NCBI RefSeq assembly: GCF_006345805.1
Contig: NC_043000.1
Span: forward strand, 1,054,001-1,118,000
Reading direction: 5' to 3'
DNA length: 64,000 nucleotides
Source of the DNA: Octopus sinensis
Lineage: Eukaryota
Part shown: piece by piece, positions 36,004-48,582 of the stretch
How positions within the stretch are numbered: position 1 is the first letter of the stretch
Layout of the letters: every line of letters begins with the position of its first letter
The notes under the pieces: generated by a model
What the model was told of the DNA's origin: nothing
What the model saw: only the letters and a program-made list of their open reading frames with translations
Database searches by the model: none
Position numbers and translations under genes: made by a program

Positions 36004-38430
36004 CTAACTTTTATCGCTATTTCTATTTCTAAATTTCTTATGGAACGTCGAGGGGATCCTATGCGTACACGCTGGTATTGCATCAGTGAACTTATTTAAT
36101 ACTGCGCTGTTGTAATTTTTTAATATAGCATATGCTTCCCTTATGCACAAACCGCATCTAGTGGACCCAATTCTATAAGGGGAGGCATGCGCAAGGATAG
36201 CCCATGATAATTTAAATTCAGCATTCCTTTCCTTAAGGTCATTAACATGTAATTCCAAAGTTGTAGAGGTCCTCTATTTAGGATCGTTGAAAGAGCTCGG
36301 GTGGGATCGGTACCTCTGCTTAAAGTCTACTGTGCTTCCAATATATATTTTTCTCTGGCCTCCTTCAGCCTCAACACTACATTTATAAATTACATTTTCC
36401 TGACGACAATTTCCGCCAATCGGACATACTGATGGGTCCCTACAATTACATTTCTTCAGCCTGCTACGGGGTCTCGTATTACTGATCACTCCGAAACTAT
36501 GCCCCCTCCAAGTACTACGATCCACCATATCATTTACACCATCGTTCGTACTATTTTCCGGTATATTTATTCTATTGTTATTCTTACTATCACCATCATT
36601 CTTATTTTTATTTTTATTTCTATTTTTACTAATATTTTTATTACCATTATCACTACAATTAACACTATTAGTACCACCCTGATAATCATTATAATCACTA
36701 ATATCATCACCAACATCATTATTATGATTATTTCTACTATTTGCATTATTTGTCATTCCAACACGCCCTTCATAATCGATTTCAGAAGACGTACTATTAA
36801 TATTACTACTATCTTCTATGTCGTTAATGAATTTTCCACTAAAGCTTCTGTCATCATTTCTATCATTATAGCGCCTTATTTTATTTCTGTTCAACGAAGC
36901 AACAATAGATACAACATTGGGAGTGTCTGAGTAGGCCACCTTGATTGTTGACTTGTTACATATTGAATAGTACTTATGGTGTTTTGGGAAATTTTCCTTC
37001 AATAACTTAAAAAATAGCTTTGGTAAACCTTTCACCCGTAATGAAAAGGGAGGGGCATACCAGGTAACTTGACGAATCCTAGACTTAGTATTAATAATGG
37101 GATTACAATATGTTGCTTGACTTGATGTACGAAATGCAAGGCCATTCCTGTATCTATTAGTAATATGTATATTTTTATTTTTATTACTATTAGTATCATT
37201 CTTATTCCTATTTTCACCTTCATTAGACCTAAGCCCAACTTTAAACCTCAATTCACATTTATGATTCCTATTATTTGCAACCCCTTCCCTCCCGTTGCTG
37301 TTATCATCCATAGTATTTTCATCATTACAATTTTCATTATTAAACTTATTAACGTGGTTACCATTTACAAAACCAACCACATCACATTTATTTCTCTTAT
37401 TTTCAAATCTCATTTTATCAGCATATATATTGGTCATTATCAGCTTGTTGCTATCCGAAATCCGTTTCATATCGTCGCTGACCATACTGGCCAATTTAAT
37501 TTTTAATTTTGTATTGTGTATGTATTCAATGTTATTTATGAACCCACTCAATTTTAAGGCATTGTTGTATATTGGGCATGTTGATTAAAGATGTTTTCAT
37601 TCGCCGATAGGTTTGAGATTCTGATAGAAATTGCAGATACACTGCTATTGATGGTTGATTTGGGATGATTTGAGGAAACATTGATATATTAGAAAGTTTG
37701 GTTTGGTTTTCGGAAAGGGTAGTGTAAGCTAGTATTCAGATCGAGAGTGACATCCAAGAAATTTGCCATTTTAGGATTATTCTCAAAAACGATGCTCAAA
37801 TTATAAAAGTCCTTCAGAAACTCCCTAAGGTCCTTCTTCATTCTTTCAATCTGTGGATTTGAATGATTAGAGACGATTAACAATGCATCATCCCTATAAA
37901 TCCCTCCGGATAGAGATGGGAAAAACCGCTTAATCTTGTCTAACAGAAATAGACCAACAATATCCGTTACTTGAGCCGAGTCCGAAGATCCCATAGTGAT
38001 GTCGAATAAATTAAAAGAATCCGATTTAGACCAGTGGTGCTTTCCATAATTTATCAGAGTCATTCTTGCTGCTTGAATAATATCAATATCTAGATTCGAT
38101 ATTTCAACAAAGTTCAGGGCGAAAATGATTGCTTTATTCAGTAAGATGGGAGAGATCGAGGAGTAGTAATTCGAAATAGCAAATTGTACAAATGAAGATG
38201 AGTCATCACATTTGATTGTGTGATACCAATATAAAAAATCATTGGTAGATTCCCATAAGGGCAACATCGTCCTTTCTCTTAGCACCGGAATGATTCTAAC
38301 CAATATGGATTTGCTGATTCTACCCAAGTCAAATTTAGATGGGCAAATTAGTCGTATTGATGGTTTGGCAAGAAAATATTTTTATGGTCCTTTAGGGTGC
38401 AGTGCGGGCTTTTAGGATCATAATTCAGAA
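36004..38430 (-). pseudogene. Penelope-like RT / GIY-YIG polyprotein, disrupted
   Basis: Motifs TLKDHK, RLICPSKFDLGRISK, FDITMGSSDSAQVTDIVG, GIYRDD, YINVSSNHP, VTWYAPPF, CNCRDPSVCPIGGNC, VIY...YIGST and CGLCIRE. Lesions: frameshift ~38380, TAA at 37689, frameshift ~37565, TAG at 36274. Confidence 0.9.
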
Positions 38431-38611
38431 ATTAAGTGAAGTGGTCCAGATGGCGCTGCGTGCATACCATTTACTATGGCTGCTGGGTCGAATTATATGC
38501 GTATAAAGTAGCATTCAGGATCGGAGAAAAATTTCTGGGAGTACCTAATGTCTCGGTTCTGAATATCGCCGGTATGTGATTGTGTATTTGTTTACGTTTA
38601 CTATGTGTTGT

Positions 38612-38719
38612 ATGTATAGGACATCATGATGAGGGGAGTGTCAATTTTAAGTATTTGATATGTCTAATAATATTAATTGGCGCGTCTCCGAAACGGCCCG
38701 TAGATGGACTTCTGTGTAT
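38612..38719 (+). ncRNA. Variant type I hammerhead-like motif in the inverted pseudo-LTR
   Basis: AUGUAUAG-GA-CAUC-[A]UGAUGA-GGGGA...UCUCC-GAAA-CGGCCCG-UA^GAUG-GACUU-CUGUGUAU. Core position 3 is A rather than C. Confidence 0.55.
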
Positions 38720-38930
38720 CTTTGTAAACTTAAATTTTTGTAAACTTGTATAATTATTATCTTCTATGTACATTTCGCTAGAATTTTAATTCGTCTTTTA
38801 ATATGCCATTGTATGCTTTATTTTTTATTTATTATTATTATATTCATTTCTCTTATTGTAACAAATTTATACTAAATGTTTAAGCGTAAATTCAAGGTGT
38901 TATATGCAAAATTTATATTTTCATATGATA

Positions 38931-39326
38931 CTAGCAGTATCGCCCGGCGTTGCTCGGGTTTGTAAGGGAAATAACTATATAAGCATTTTTAGAGAGTTAT
39001 AGCCAAAATATAGCAAAAAAATGCATTAAAAATGGAAAAAAATTATGGTAAATTTTTTTTAAATCGTTGACATTTTTAGAGAGTTACTTCCCTTATATAA
39101 TAGCAAAAAAATGCATTAAAATGGAAAAAAATGATGGTAAATTTTTTTTTAATTGTAGACTCATCGTAGACTCATCGTAGACGCGCGCTAATACCAAGAA
39201 GGGCTCGATATGTATCACAACTATAAGATACCCCCTGTTTTGGTTAAACTGCACCGCAAAATGTGGGAGTAGTTAGGAATCTAAATCGTAGGAGACAGAC
39301 ACACAACTTCATTTTTTATATAAAGA
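38931..39326 (-). mobile_element. Non-autonomous Helitron (body type 1) inserted in one pseudo-LTR arm
   Basis: Insertion at ATATGATA|TATT with no TSD. The empty site is present in the other arm near 35310. Confidence 0.93.
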
Positions 39327-40040
39327 TATTAATATTTATTTTTATGATATATTTATATTTATATATTACTAAATTTTTAAATTTTTAATGTCGGACTTTA
39401 TAGATATAAATGAATATATGAAGATTTGTATGTGTTTGGTCATTCTGTGGATTTTCTGATGTTCCTGTGGTTGTTGCTCGCATTGCCTCACCTCCGTTTA
39501 AATACACTTTGTTTTTTATCCAACAGGTTTTTTTAACCCAGTGTTTAAATGTTGTTGTATATAGCTTTATGTGCTTCTACTTTCAATGTCGCAAGAATTT
39601 TTTCCTTTTTCTGTTGTGGCTGATTGTATAGTTCTTTATCTGTGGTGAAAACTGCAACAATTTGTTCTGATAAAAATTCCTGATAAAAAAATACAAATTG
39701 AACAAAAAAAGAAGCTTTAAAAATATTGTATCGCCTCGAGCACTTTAATAAACATTGCAAAAATTTGCAGATTAAAAAAATTAATACATTAGAAACAATA
39801 TTTTTAAAAAATCAATACAGTGGTTCAGAAACAAGGAAGCAAAATATGAAATGTGTGCTTTAAATTTCATTTTAGGTTTATGAATTCGTTTGTTTGAGTT
39901 TATATATTTTTTTTATGAAACTCAACAAGAAATATTTTCTTAATTGCATGGATGGAACAATTTCGAGAGAATCAACATTACTGGAAAAAATCAAGATTGT
40001 CAGTAGAGAGGAAATAAAGACCGATATTGAAGTGGTAAGA

Positions 40041-40292
40041 AGAGGCGTGTGGCTTAGTGGTAAGGGTGTCAGCATCATAATCATAAGATTGTGGTTTCGA
40101 TTCCTGGACTGGGCGACGCGTTGTGTTCTTGGGCAAAACACTTCATTTCACGTTGCTCCAGTCCACTCAGCTGGCAAAAATGAGTAACGCTGCGATGGAC
40201 TGGCGTTCTGTCCAGCTGGGGAACACATACGCCATAGAAACCGGGCCCATGAGCCTGGATAGGTTTTAAAAGGACGCATTTATCTTTATTTT
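40041..40292 (+). mobile_element. SINE group D (CORE-like)
   Basis: GGCGTGTGGCTTAGTGGTAAGG...GGTTTCGATTCC...GTTGTGTTCTTGGGCAAAACACTT...GAAACCGGGCCCATGAGCC. Confidence 0.85.
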
Positions 40293-40398
40293 AAGAAGAG
40301 GATTGGAACGAGGAGGAAATCTGTTCAACGAAAAAACGAAAGTATTTTTTATTGTTCAGGTTAGTGATCGCAACAATAAGCTTGTAAACAACAGCGGT

Positions 40399-40435
<37 letters not shown>

Positions 40436-40611
40436 TACATGTGCGGACACACATGCGAGCACGTACACACATACACACACAAATGCACATTTATGCACAC
40501 ATACATACACACCCAATGCAAATGCATACACCATGGCCGCAGTCAAATGACTGAAACAAGTAAAAGAGTAAAAGAGTATACACACGCTCATACACACGCA
40601 TATATACACAC

Positions 40612-41144
40612 CCGCCTCTTATGTTTACATTTGACAGAAGTTTTGATGTGAATATTCCTCCAGTATTCCTTGAGTTGGTGTTTATGAATGCATTCCATAA
40701 CAGAGGGATTTTCAAGTTTATTTCAGGACAGTCCTTTCTGCGGGCGGCATTGTAAATTGTTTTAGCAACAACATTGTGCCGCATAGGGAGATAGTAACGT
40801 GACGACATTTTAGGACAGCTGCTAATCACATGCGTGATGTCTTCCACAGAAACATGACATAGCCTCCATATGCAGTTTCACCTTGAGATTACAAGGGCAT
40901 CACTGTCTCTCTTGTTCACCAGGTACTTTGGGACAATCTCCTGTTCCTGGATTGCAAACGCATAGCCTTCAAAGTTTGATGTGATGTAGTGGTCTTGTGT
41001 CCAAGAGAGGCTGTGCTTCGTGTCAATTCTACTGTCTTCTGAAAGCTTCCGGCAACATACCCATGCGTAGTCTTCTTTTTGTATGTTGAGTGCTTTCCAT
41101 CCAGGTCTTCTCTGAGGTGAGAGAGCCCAGCTGTTTTGAGGCTG
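40612..41144 (-). mobile_element. RLE LINE fragment, TACA-associated family
   Basis: FEGYAFAIQEQEIVPKYL...CRLC-like...EDITHVISSCPKMSSRYYLPMRHNVVAK. Its 5' end abuts (CATA)n. Confidence 0.85.
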
Positions 41145-41214
41145 TACGTATGTATGTATGTATGTATGTATGTATGTATGTATGTATGTATGTATGTATG
41201 TATGAATGTATGTA

Positions 41215-41514
41215 TTTTCTATATGGTCTTTAATTTAAATTCTTCCTCTGAGAAAGGAGCTACTTCCCAACAGATACAAAGCTCTATCGTTGGAATGTAG
41301 ATAACAAAAACGAAGTCACATTTTAAACTTGAGAAAAGTCTTGCATATTTTTACTGTTCCACTTACAGAATGTATTTGTAATGTGCAAATTGGTTGATTT
41401 CTTTTTCTGAAGACCCTAGCTTATCCAGATTGTCACTTAGGCATTTAGTCACAAAACTAATGCGCTAATTATTATTGGCATAAATGTGAATTTATACTCT
41501 GGATGTAGAATTTG
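41215..41514 (-). mobile_element. RLE LINE 3' end and 3' UTR, TACA-associated family
   Basis: LHPEYKFTFMPIIISAL. 3' UTR homologous to 59080-59208. Flanked on both sides by TACA-type repeats. Confidence 0.75.
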
Positions 41515-41636
41515 TATTATGTATGTAAGTATTATGTATGTATGTATGTACATTCGTACGTACGAATATAAGCATATGTTTGTGTGCATGCATGTATTTA
41601 TGTATATGTATGTGTGTATGTATATATATATATATA

Positions 41637-41672
41637 CTAGCATAATTGCCCGGCGATGCTCGGGGCTGATTT
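41637..41672 (-). mobile_element. Helitron 3' terminus (variant hairpin CCCGAGCATCGCCGGG...CTAG)
   Basis: Terminal motif only. Body and 5' end not delimited. Confidence 0.6.
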
Positions 41673-42242
41673 GCTTGAAAGTACTGTTAATGATTGCACT
41701 GAATTATGATGATTATTCAGGCAAATATTGATATAAGTTTACGGCGAATGAATGTATTTGTAAGTGTATAGAAAGCCGTGTAAAGGGGTTCCTACCCCCT
41801 CGTAGAATGGTGTAAGAATTGAATGTAAGGTTGCCTTGAAAAGAGCCATGTTATTGTTCTCATAATTGTAAGAATTTGATAGTCGTGGAAGGCGGTGTAA
41901 AACGTTCGCAGGTGAATAGGGTCTCTTCGTTTTCCACGAACGGCAGCGGATGTGCTGTTACAAAACTTCATGCTGTGTTAAAAGAGAATGGATGCCCTAT
42001 GTAGGCAAAGTGTTCCCAACAGTTATTAGTTGTAGTGGTAGAGTGTTTATGCCGAATATGTACGTATGCATGTATATATATATGTATGTATGCCTGTATA
42101 TATGTACAAAATCCACTGAGAAGGCTTTTGTTGGTCTGAAGTTACAGCAGAAGACACATGCCAAGTCACCACACAGTGGGACTGAACCCAGGACCATGTG
42201 TTTGGAACGTAGTTTGTTACCACACAGCCACACCTGCCCTTA

Positions 42243-42283
<41 letters not shown>

Positions 42284-42884
42284 ATGTGTGTATGGGTAGA
42301 TATATTATGCATGTATATATGTGTATATATATATGTATATATATTACATGTACATCTATATATATACATCTACACATAAAATACAAAATAGAAAGTTATA
42401 TCTTGATATCGCTAGTGATAACAATACTCAAAATATATAACAGACTGGAATTGTAGGCCCGTCTCTTGCAATTTCGATCAATTGGATCTTGTCCTCCCTC
42501 TTGTATAGAAGTGTACGGCTGCAGCGAAATTCATTTCTGGACTTTCTTCTATGAAAGGCATTTTAACAAAAATGCTTCCGCAAAGACGGTGAAAATATTG
42601 TCAATTTCCCCAAACAGGGACACAATTCAATTTTGAAACAATAACCAAAGCCCCTTCTCCGAAAGGGGGAGGGTTACGGTTTACAATTATTTAACAAATG
42701 CAACACAACAACGTTTCCCTGACGAGGAACCAACAAACGTGATTACAATAGTCAAACAGTAATAATAATAACAACAAACCTTTTTAATTTATCCCCATTT
42801 ATGTGAAACCACTTATTCAAGTTCAAGTCATTGATGCAATTTAGATAGATAGATAGATACTTTGCTCGATGCAATCAATCAAAA

Positions 42885-42957
42885 AGTCAAGCTTAGTCAA
42901 GCTCAGTCAAGCTTAGTCAAGCTCAGTCAAGCTCAGTCAAGCTCAGTCAAACTAGTC
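42885..42957. repeat. 10-bp minisatellite (AGTCAAGCTC)n, ~7 copies
   Basis: Direct reading. Confidence 0.9.
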
Positions 42958-43183
42958 CTCTATACTTATATCCACCTGTGTGAACGTACGATATCAGGGT
43001 TCTTCCTAGCAAAGGTTTTCCGTCTCCTTAATATCATTGCAACTAAGCGGTGATATCTAAGAACTTCATATTGCCCTCCTAAATATTCCGCATACACAAA
43101 GACAAAGACTCTCTCTACACCTCATCCACATTCAGCCAAACTCATATTCACAAACTTACAATAAAAATGAATACTCTACACAT

Positions 43184-43611
43184 GGCGCAGGAGTGGCTGT
43201 GTAGTAAGTAGCTTGCTAACCAACCACATGGTTCCGGGTTCAGTCCCACTGCGTGGCATCTTGGGCAAGTGTCTTCTGCTATAGCCCCGGGCCGACCAAT
43301 GCCTTGTGAGTGGATTTGGTGGACGGAAACTGAAAGAAGCCTGTCGTATATATGTATATATATATATGTATGTATGTGTATGTGTTTGTGTGTCTGTGTT
43401 TGTACCCCTAGCATTGCTTGACAACCGATGCTGGTGTGTTTACATCCCCGTCACTTAGCGGTTCGGCAAAAGAGAGACCGATAGAATAAGTACTGGGCTT
43501 ACAAAGAATAAGTCCCGGGGTCGATTTTCTCGACTAAAAGGCGATGCTCCAGCATGGCCGCAGTCAAATGACTGAAACATGTAAAAGAGTAAAGAGTAAA
43601 GAGTAAAGAGT
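43184..43611 (+). mobile_element. SINE group B
   Basis: Full copy. Confidence 0.9.
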
Positions 43612-44298
43612 ACATCCGCACATATTTTCGACTGCAATCACACTCACTCACTGAACCTCAAGCACGCATGCGCATACACGCACCAACAAACCGACGCATG
43701 CCCAAGTGACACACATCTATAAACCTAAAGTGTTTATATATAAACTCTTCTAGTGTTCCTGGACTTAAGCAAGCTTTCGTGACCTTAATGTGTTAGTCTG
43801 GGATAAACAGTGATGTAGAAGTATTCTCTCTGTTGCCGTGTTTATCTGCTATGGAAGCACACATTGTGACCTTTGCAAATACGTTTGCCAATAAACCGTT
43901 GTTTGTTAAAATGAAGAAATGTAAATTCTGCCGTTTGAATTTAGAAATTTCAAACAAATTAAAAGCTTTAACCTCAAATTAACAATAAATTAACAACAAA
44001 ACAATTCTAAAATTACAATAACAATACAACGAACACAGCAACAACTTTGTCATGGCAGCTGTAACCACAACTGCGACAGCTATGTTTTTTCCCCACTTTG
44101 AAGATGGTATATTGGCGGTTTGGAGGATATAAAAGCATGCGAAACAAGTAAAAGGCTGGCATGCGAGTCATCTCGCTGGACGCCAGGCCTATATAGGGTA
44201 AAATAACAATACAGAATGTAGATAGAATTTGTTATTTTGTGCACGGAATTCCGAAAGGATCTGACCTTTCTTTCATTCTATTTAATCTATATCTGGAC

Positions 44299-44683
44299 TG
44301 GAAGCACTCCGTCGGTTACGACGACGAGGGTTCCGGTTGATCCGAATCAACGGAACAGCCTGCTCGTGAAATTAACGTGTAAGTGGCTGAGCACTCCACA
44401 GACACGTGTACCCATAACGTAGTTCTCGGGGATATTCAGCGTGACACAGAGAGTGACAAGGCCGGCCCTTTGAAATACAGGTACAACAGAAACAGGAAGT
44501 AAGAGTGAGAGAAAGTTGTAGTGAAAGAGTACAGCAGGAATCACCACCATCCCCTGCCGGAGCCTCGTGGATCTTTAGGTGTTTTCGCTCAATAAACACT
44601 CACAACGCCCGGTCTGGGAATCGAAACCGCGATCCTATGACCGCGAGTCCGCTGCCCTAACCACTGGGCCATTGCGCCTCCAC
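44299..44683 (-). mobile_element. SINE group C
   Basis: Full copy. Confidence 0.9.
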
Positions 44684-44846
44684 TTAACGAAATACATAAA
44701 GTAGCCAACGAGACTCCGATAAATCACACAGTATCATCCATAAGAAAAAGTGGGAAAGGACCCATTGGATGATGTAGTAAGACACTTCTAAAAAGGCGGG
44801 TTGGTCACGGATGAAAGCCCTTTTTATCATACATCTGCTCTATTAT

Positions 44847-45243
44847 TACTCTTTTACTCTTTTACGTGTTTCAGTCATTTGACTGTGGCCAAGCTGGAGT
44901 ACCGCCTTTAGTCGAGCAAATCGACCCCGGGACTTATTCTTTGTAAGCCTAGTACTTATTCTATCGGTCTCTTTTGCCGAACCGCTAAGTTACGGGGACG
45001 TAAACACACCACCATCGGTTGTCAAGCGATGTTGGGGAGAGAAACACAGATACACAAACGCACACACACACATATACTCGTACATATATATACATATATA
45101 CGACGGGCTTCTTTCAGTTTCCGCCAGTTTCTCGGCCCGAGGCTATAGAAGAAGACACTTGCCCACGGTGTCACGCAGTTGGACTGAACCCGGAGCCATG
45201 TTGTTGGTAAGCAAGCTACTTACCACACAGCCACTCCTGTGCC
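44847..45243 (-). mobile_element. SINE group B
   Basis: Copy with an internal deletion. Confidence 0.85.
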
Positions 45244-45689
45244 TATTATTGTTGATCTTTGGCTAAACACGTCAACATACTAACATGTATGCTACAAAGA
45301 AGCAAATTGATATAATAAATAACATCATCCCTAAAGCGGCAAGCTTGCGGGGCCGTAACACGACGAGCAAAATGCTTAGCGGCACTGGGGTTGTTGTAAT
45401 CGGTTTACTTCTCTACCTCGAAACTCTTGGCCTTTCACCAAAACAAAAAAATAAAAAATAACAATAAAAAACACAAAAGCTAAGTTCGTCCACGATGCTA
45501 CAGACGTAGTTTCTCAGCGAATCCTAAACCACTCACCGCCTAAAATAGTGGAGGTGCGTGACAGAGTGGTTAAGGTGTTGGACTCGTGAATATAAGATTA
45601 TGCTTTCGATTCTTGGACCGGGCGATACGTTGTGTTCTTGAGCAAAACACTTCATTTCACATTGCTCCAGTCCACTCAGCTGGCAAAAA

Positions 45690-46370
45690 TGAGTAATTCT
45701 GCGACGGATCTGCCAAACTCATTATCATGATGGTATCTTTCCTTGAAGCCAAATTCACATACTTTTCTGTACACATTTTGAGATAGATGATAGAGACAAC
45801 ATGAGATGGAAGCATTAGGAAACACAGATAAAATGCTATTAATGTGAGCTTTTTCAAAAGCCAGGGCTCAGTCCTTGACATAATTCATTTAGCTCATTAA
45901 AAAGGCGGGTGTAAGTTTCTTGATTTTTGTTTGGAAACAATGCAAACAATTTTGGAACACTGAATGAATCCACTTGAATATGAAGCATGTACAACTGATA
46001 AAATACAGTTGGGGGGCACCTAAAAGTTCCATCACCTGCCCAGTGTTTTACATTCACTAAATCATCAAACCCTTTATCAGTTGTGAACACAAGTAATCTG
46101 TCTACATCAGTTTCACCACTATCAAATTGCAAGAAAAGTTTGCCACTATCAGGAACTTGTATTCACCAGGTATCTCATAACCAAATCGGCTCTTAGGGAT
46201 TGGAGGGGCACTTACTTTTGCTTAACGCCAGTTCCTTATATTGCAACTTACACACGAAGAGGAGGGCAGGTGAGCCATTTCATTTTCATCAAGCTTTTCA
46301 CAATCAGTCGCAATTAATGAAGGAGAAGATTCCCGAGACATCCTTGTAAGTTGGATAAATAATTTAACGA
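45690..46370 (-). mobile_element. MULE (Mutator-like) transposase relic
   Basis: FLQFDSG...HWAGDGTFRCPPTVFYQLYMLH...FALFPNKNQETYTRLF, then (frameshifted) FEKAHINSILSVFPNASISCCLYHLSQNVYRK. Confidence 0.85.
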
Positions 46371-46569
46371 AGTACTTACACGAACACACGAGGCTTACTG
46401 TTACACGAGGTTAAATGGCTCAGTGAATTGCTTACCGAGAGTTATTAGCTATTAAAGTTTTAAAATTTGGGGCAATTTTAGCTAAACGTAAGCCACAGAC
46501 ACATTCATGCCATAGTAACCAGTCAAACATGAGAATTCTTGTCTGCGAGAAAGTACGTGTTGGCTAATA

Positions 46570-46965
46570 TGTTCCAGTCATTGAGATGGTTGTCATATTT
46601 GCTAAAAATAATAGCCTAATAGACCTTAAATCACGCACCAGAGGGGGATGCAGTTTCGTACCCAAAAGAAAATTATGCAAAACGAAAAAGCATTTTATGA
46701 GTACAAGAAAACGTAGTGAGAATATGTATTGGCGAGGCACGCGCCAAGGATACATGGGGTCTGTGTCAGTGAGGAGAGACACAAAGTTTGAAGGTGGCAC
46801 TCTTCCTCTTTTGACTGTTGTGCTTTTCTTTTTCTCATGGGTTAAGGAATTGACTTCAGTCCGGTTTTGTGTTGAAGAACTAGGGATGAGCCATTGCTCA
46901 GATGTTGATGAGCCATTGCTCGGCTATGTTAGGGATGTGCGGAGAGCTTGCTCCGTTATCTAGTT
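46570..46965 (+). mobile_element. Merlin (IS1595/ISXO2-like) transposase N-terminal relic
   Basis: SVRRDTKFEGGTLPLLTVVLFFFSW...EELGMSHCSDVD...YVRDV resembles the SIRxGSFF...L...W...E.G.S..T.VDW..F.REVC pattern. No catalytic DDE region present. Confidence 0.6.
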
Positions 46966-47649
46966 AAGGTTGGAGATGTTTGATTTTTATAAATATTTAA
47001 TTTGTAATATGCTATTTTGTTTTTTGATAAATCTTTTAAGTTTGTGTTTTAAGTTTCTTATTTTGAGAAATATTTAATCTGTAATGTGCATATTGAATGC
47101 TTAAAACTACAAAATACGTGTTGTTTACTCGTTTTTTTTTTTATCATTGGGTGGCTGTGAGGTGTGCTAGAAATAACAGCTGAATAGGCTTTAAATCACG
47201 CACCCTCACAATTTTTGAGGGAGTGCATAATTGTATGAAGTCTCGCATATATATGTTGTGAGTAAATCGTTTGTTTACGGTTTCATATAAAAACACAGGT
47301 GCTATTTTCAGGATGTTGACAAAATGTGTAGTCACACACATAATGACAGCTTCTAAATCCTGCTTCCTGACTGGGTGAAAATGATAAAACTTTGAACCTC
47401 TATAACTGTTTTATTTTAGATATTTCTGGAAAATGTTAAATATCTCCAGCAATTCAGCTTGGAAATCTACATTAATGTAGCAAATTTTAAAATTTTCAAT
47501 AAACTTTGGTTTCTGAAATCTTGGCTGCCAAACAGAAAAGATCTAAACAACCGAATAGGTGACTGAAATGATTCTTTCACTTAACTGAATTACTTTGTAA
47601 ATCATCACCATCATCAACAACAACAAAAACAATAATAGAAATAGCGAAC

Positions 47650-47811
47650 GATTGGCTGTGTGGTAAGTAGCTTGCTTATAAACCACATAGTTCCGGGTTC
47701 AGTCTCACTGCGTGGCACCTTGAGCAAGTGTCTTCTACTATAGCCTCGGGCCAACCAAAGCCTTGTGAGTGGATGTGGTAGACGGAAACTGAAAGAAGCT
47801 CGTCGTATACA

Positions 47812-47861
<50 letters not shown>

Positions 47862-48081
47862 TGTGTATATGTTTGTGTGTCTGTGTTTGTCCCCCCAACA
47901 TCGCTTGACAACCGATGGTGGTGTGTTTACGTCCCCGTAACATAGCGATTCGGCAAAAGAGACCGATAAAATAAGTACAAGGCTTACAAAGAATAAGTAC
48001 TGCGGTCGATTTGTTCGACTAAAGGCGGTGCTCCAGCATAGCCACAGTCAAATGACTGAAACAAGTAAAAGAGTAAAGAGT
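47650..48081 (+). mobile_element. SINE group B
   Basis: Full copy. Confidence 0.85.
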
Positions 48082-48582
48082 AATACTAGGAATGAAATTA
48101 CCGGGAGTGAAATTGACTGGCAGCTAAATTACCAGAGGTCAAATTATCGGAGCCAAAATACCGGAAGTCTAAATAACCAGGAGTCAATTTACCTAGAACC
48201 ATATATACCCATTGCCTATCATTCTATCTTTGATAGCGTTTGTTACATAGACGTACTTGCTTACGAAACGTTGCAACTTAAATTGCTGGCTCTGAAATCT
48301 ATAGAAAATCTTTAGCGGTAATCTTCAAAAGTAAATATTTATACTATAGGCTCAGTGCCTTAAATTTTGCGTGAAGGGGCTGGTCGATTCCATCGACCCC
48401 ACTTCTCAACAGATAGTTATTTTATCAACCCCGAAAGGATGAAAGGCAAAAAAGTCAACACTGGTGGAAATTGAACTCAGAACGTAAAACCAGAAAAAAT
48501 TGCTGCTAAGCATTTTGTTTGACGCGCTAACAATTCTGCTGTCTCACTGCCTTTCAGTCTCTAAGTAATATTTGTATCAAGT

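Larger units (their letters stand above)
35140..39494 (-). mobile_element. Penelope-like retroelement (Naiad-like), 5'-truncated, with an inverted pseudo-LTR
   Basis: RT plus GIY-YIG coding region 38430->36004. 35140-35802 is the reverse complement of 38434-39494 once the Helitron at 38931-39326 is removed. Confidence 0.9.

Noticed and set aside
36004-38430. Selenocysteine recoding, reported for some Naiad elements
   Set aside because: The in-frame stops found are TAA and TAG, not TGA. The linker cysteines are ordinary Cys codons, and no convincing SECIS was seen.
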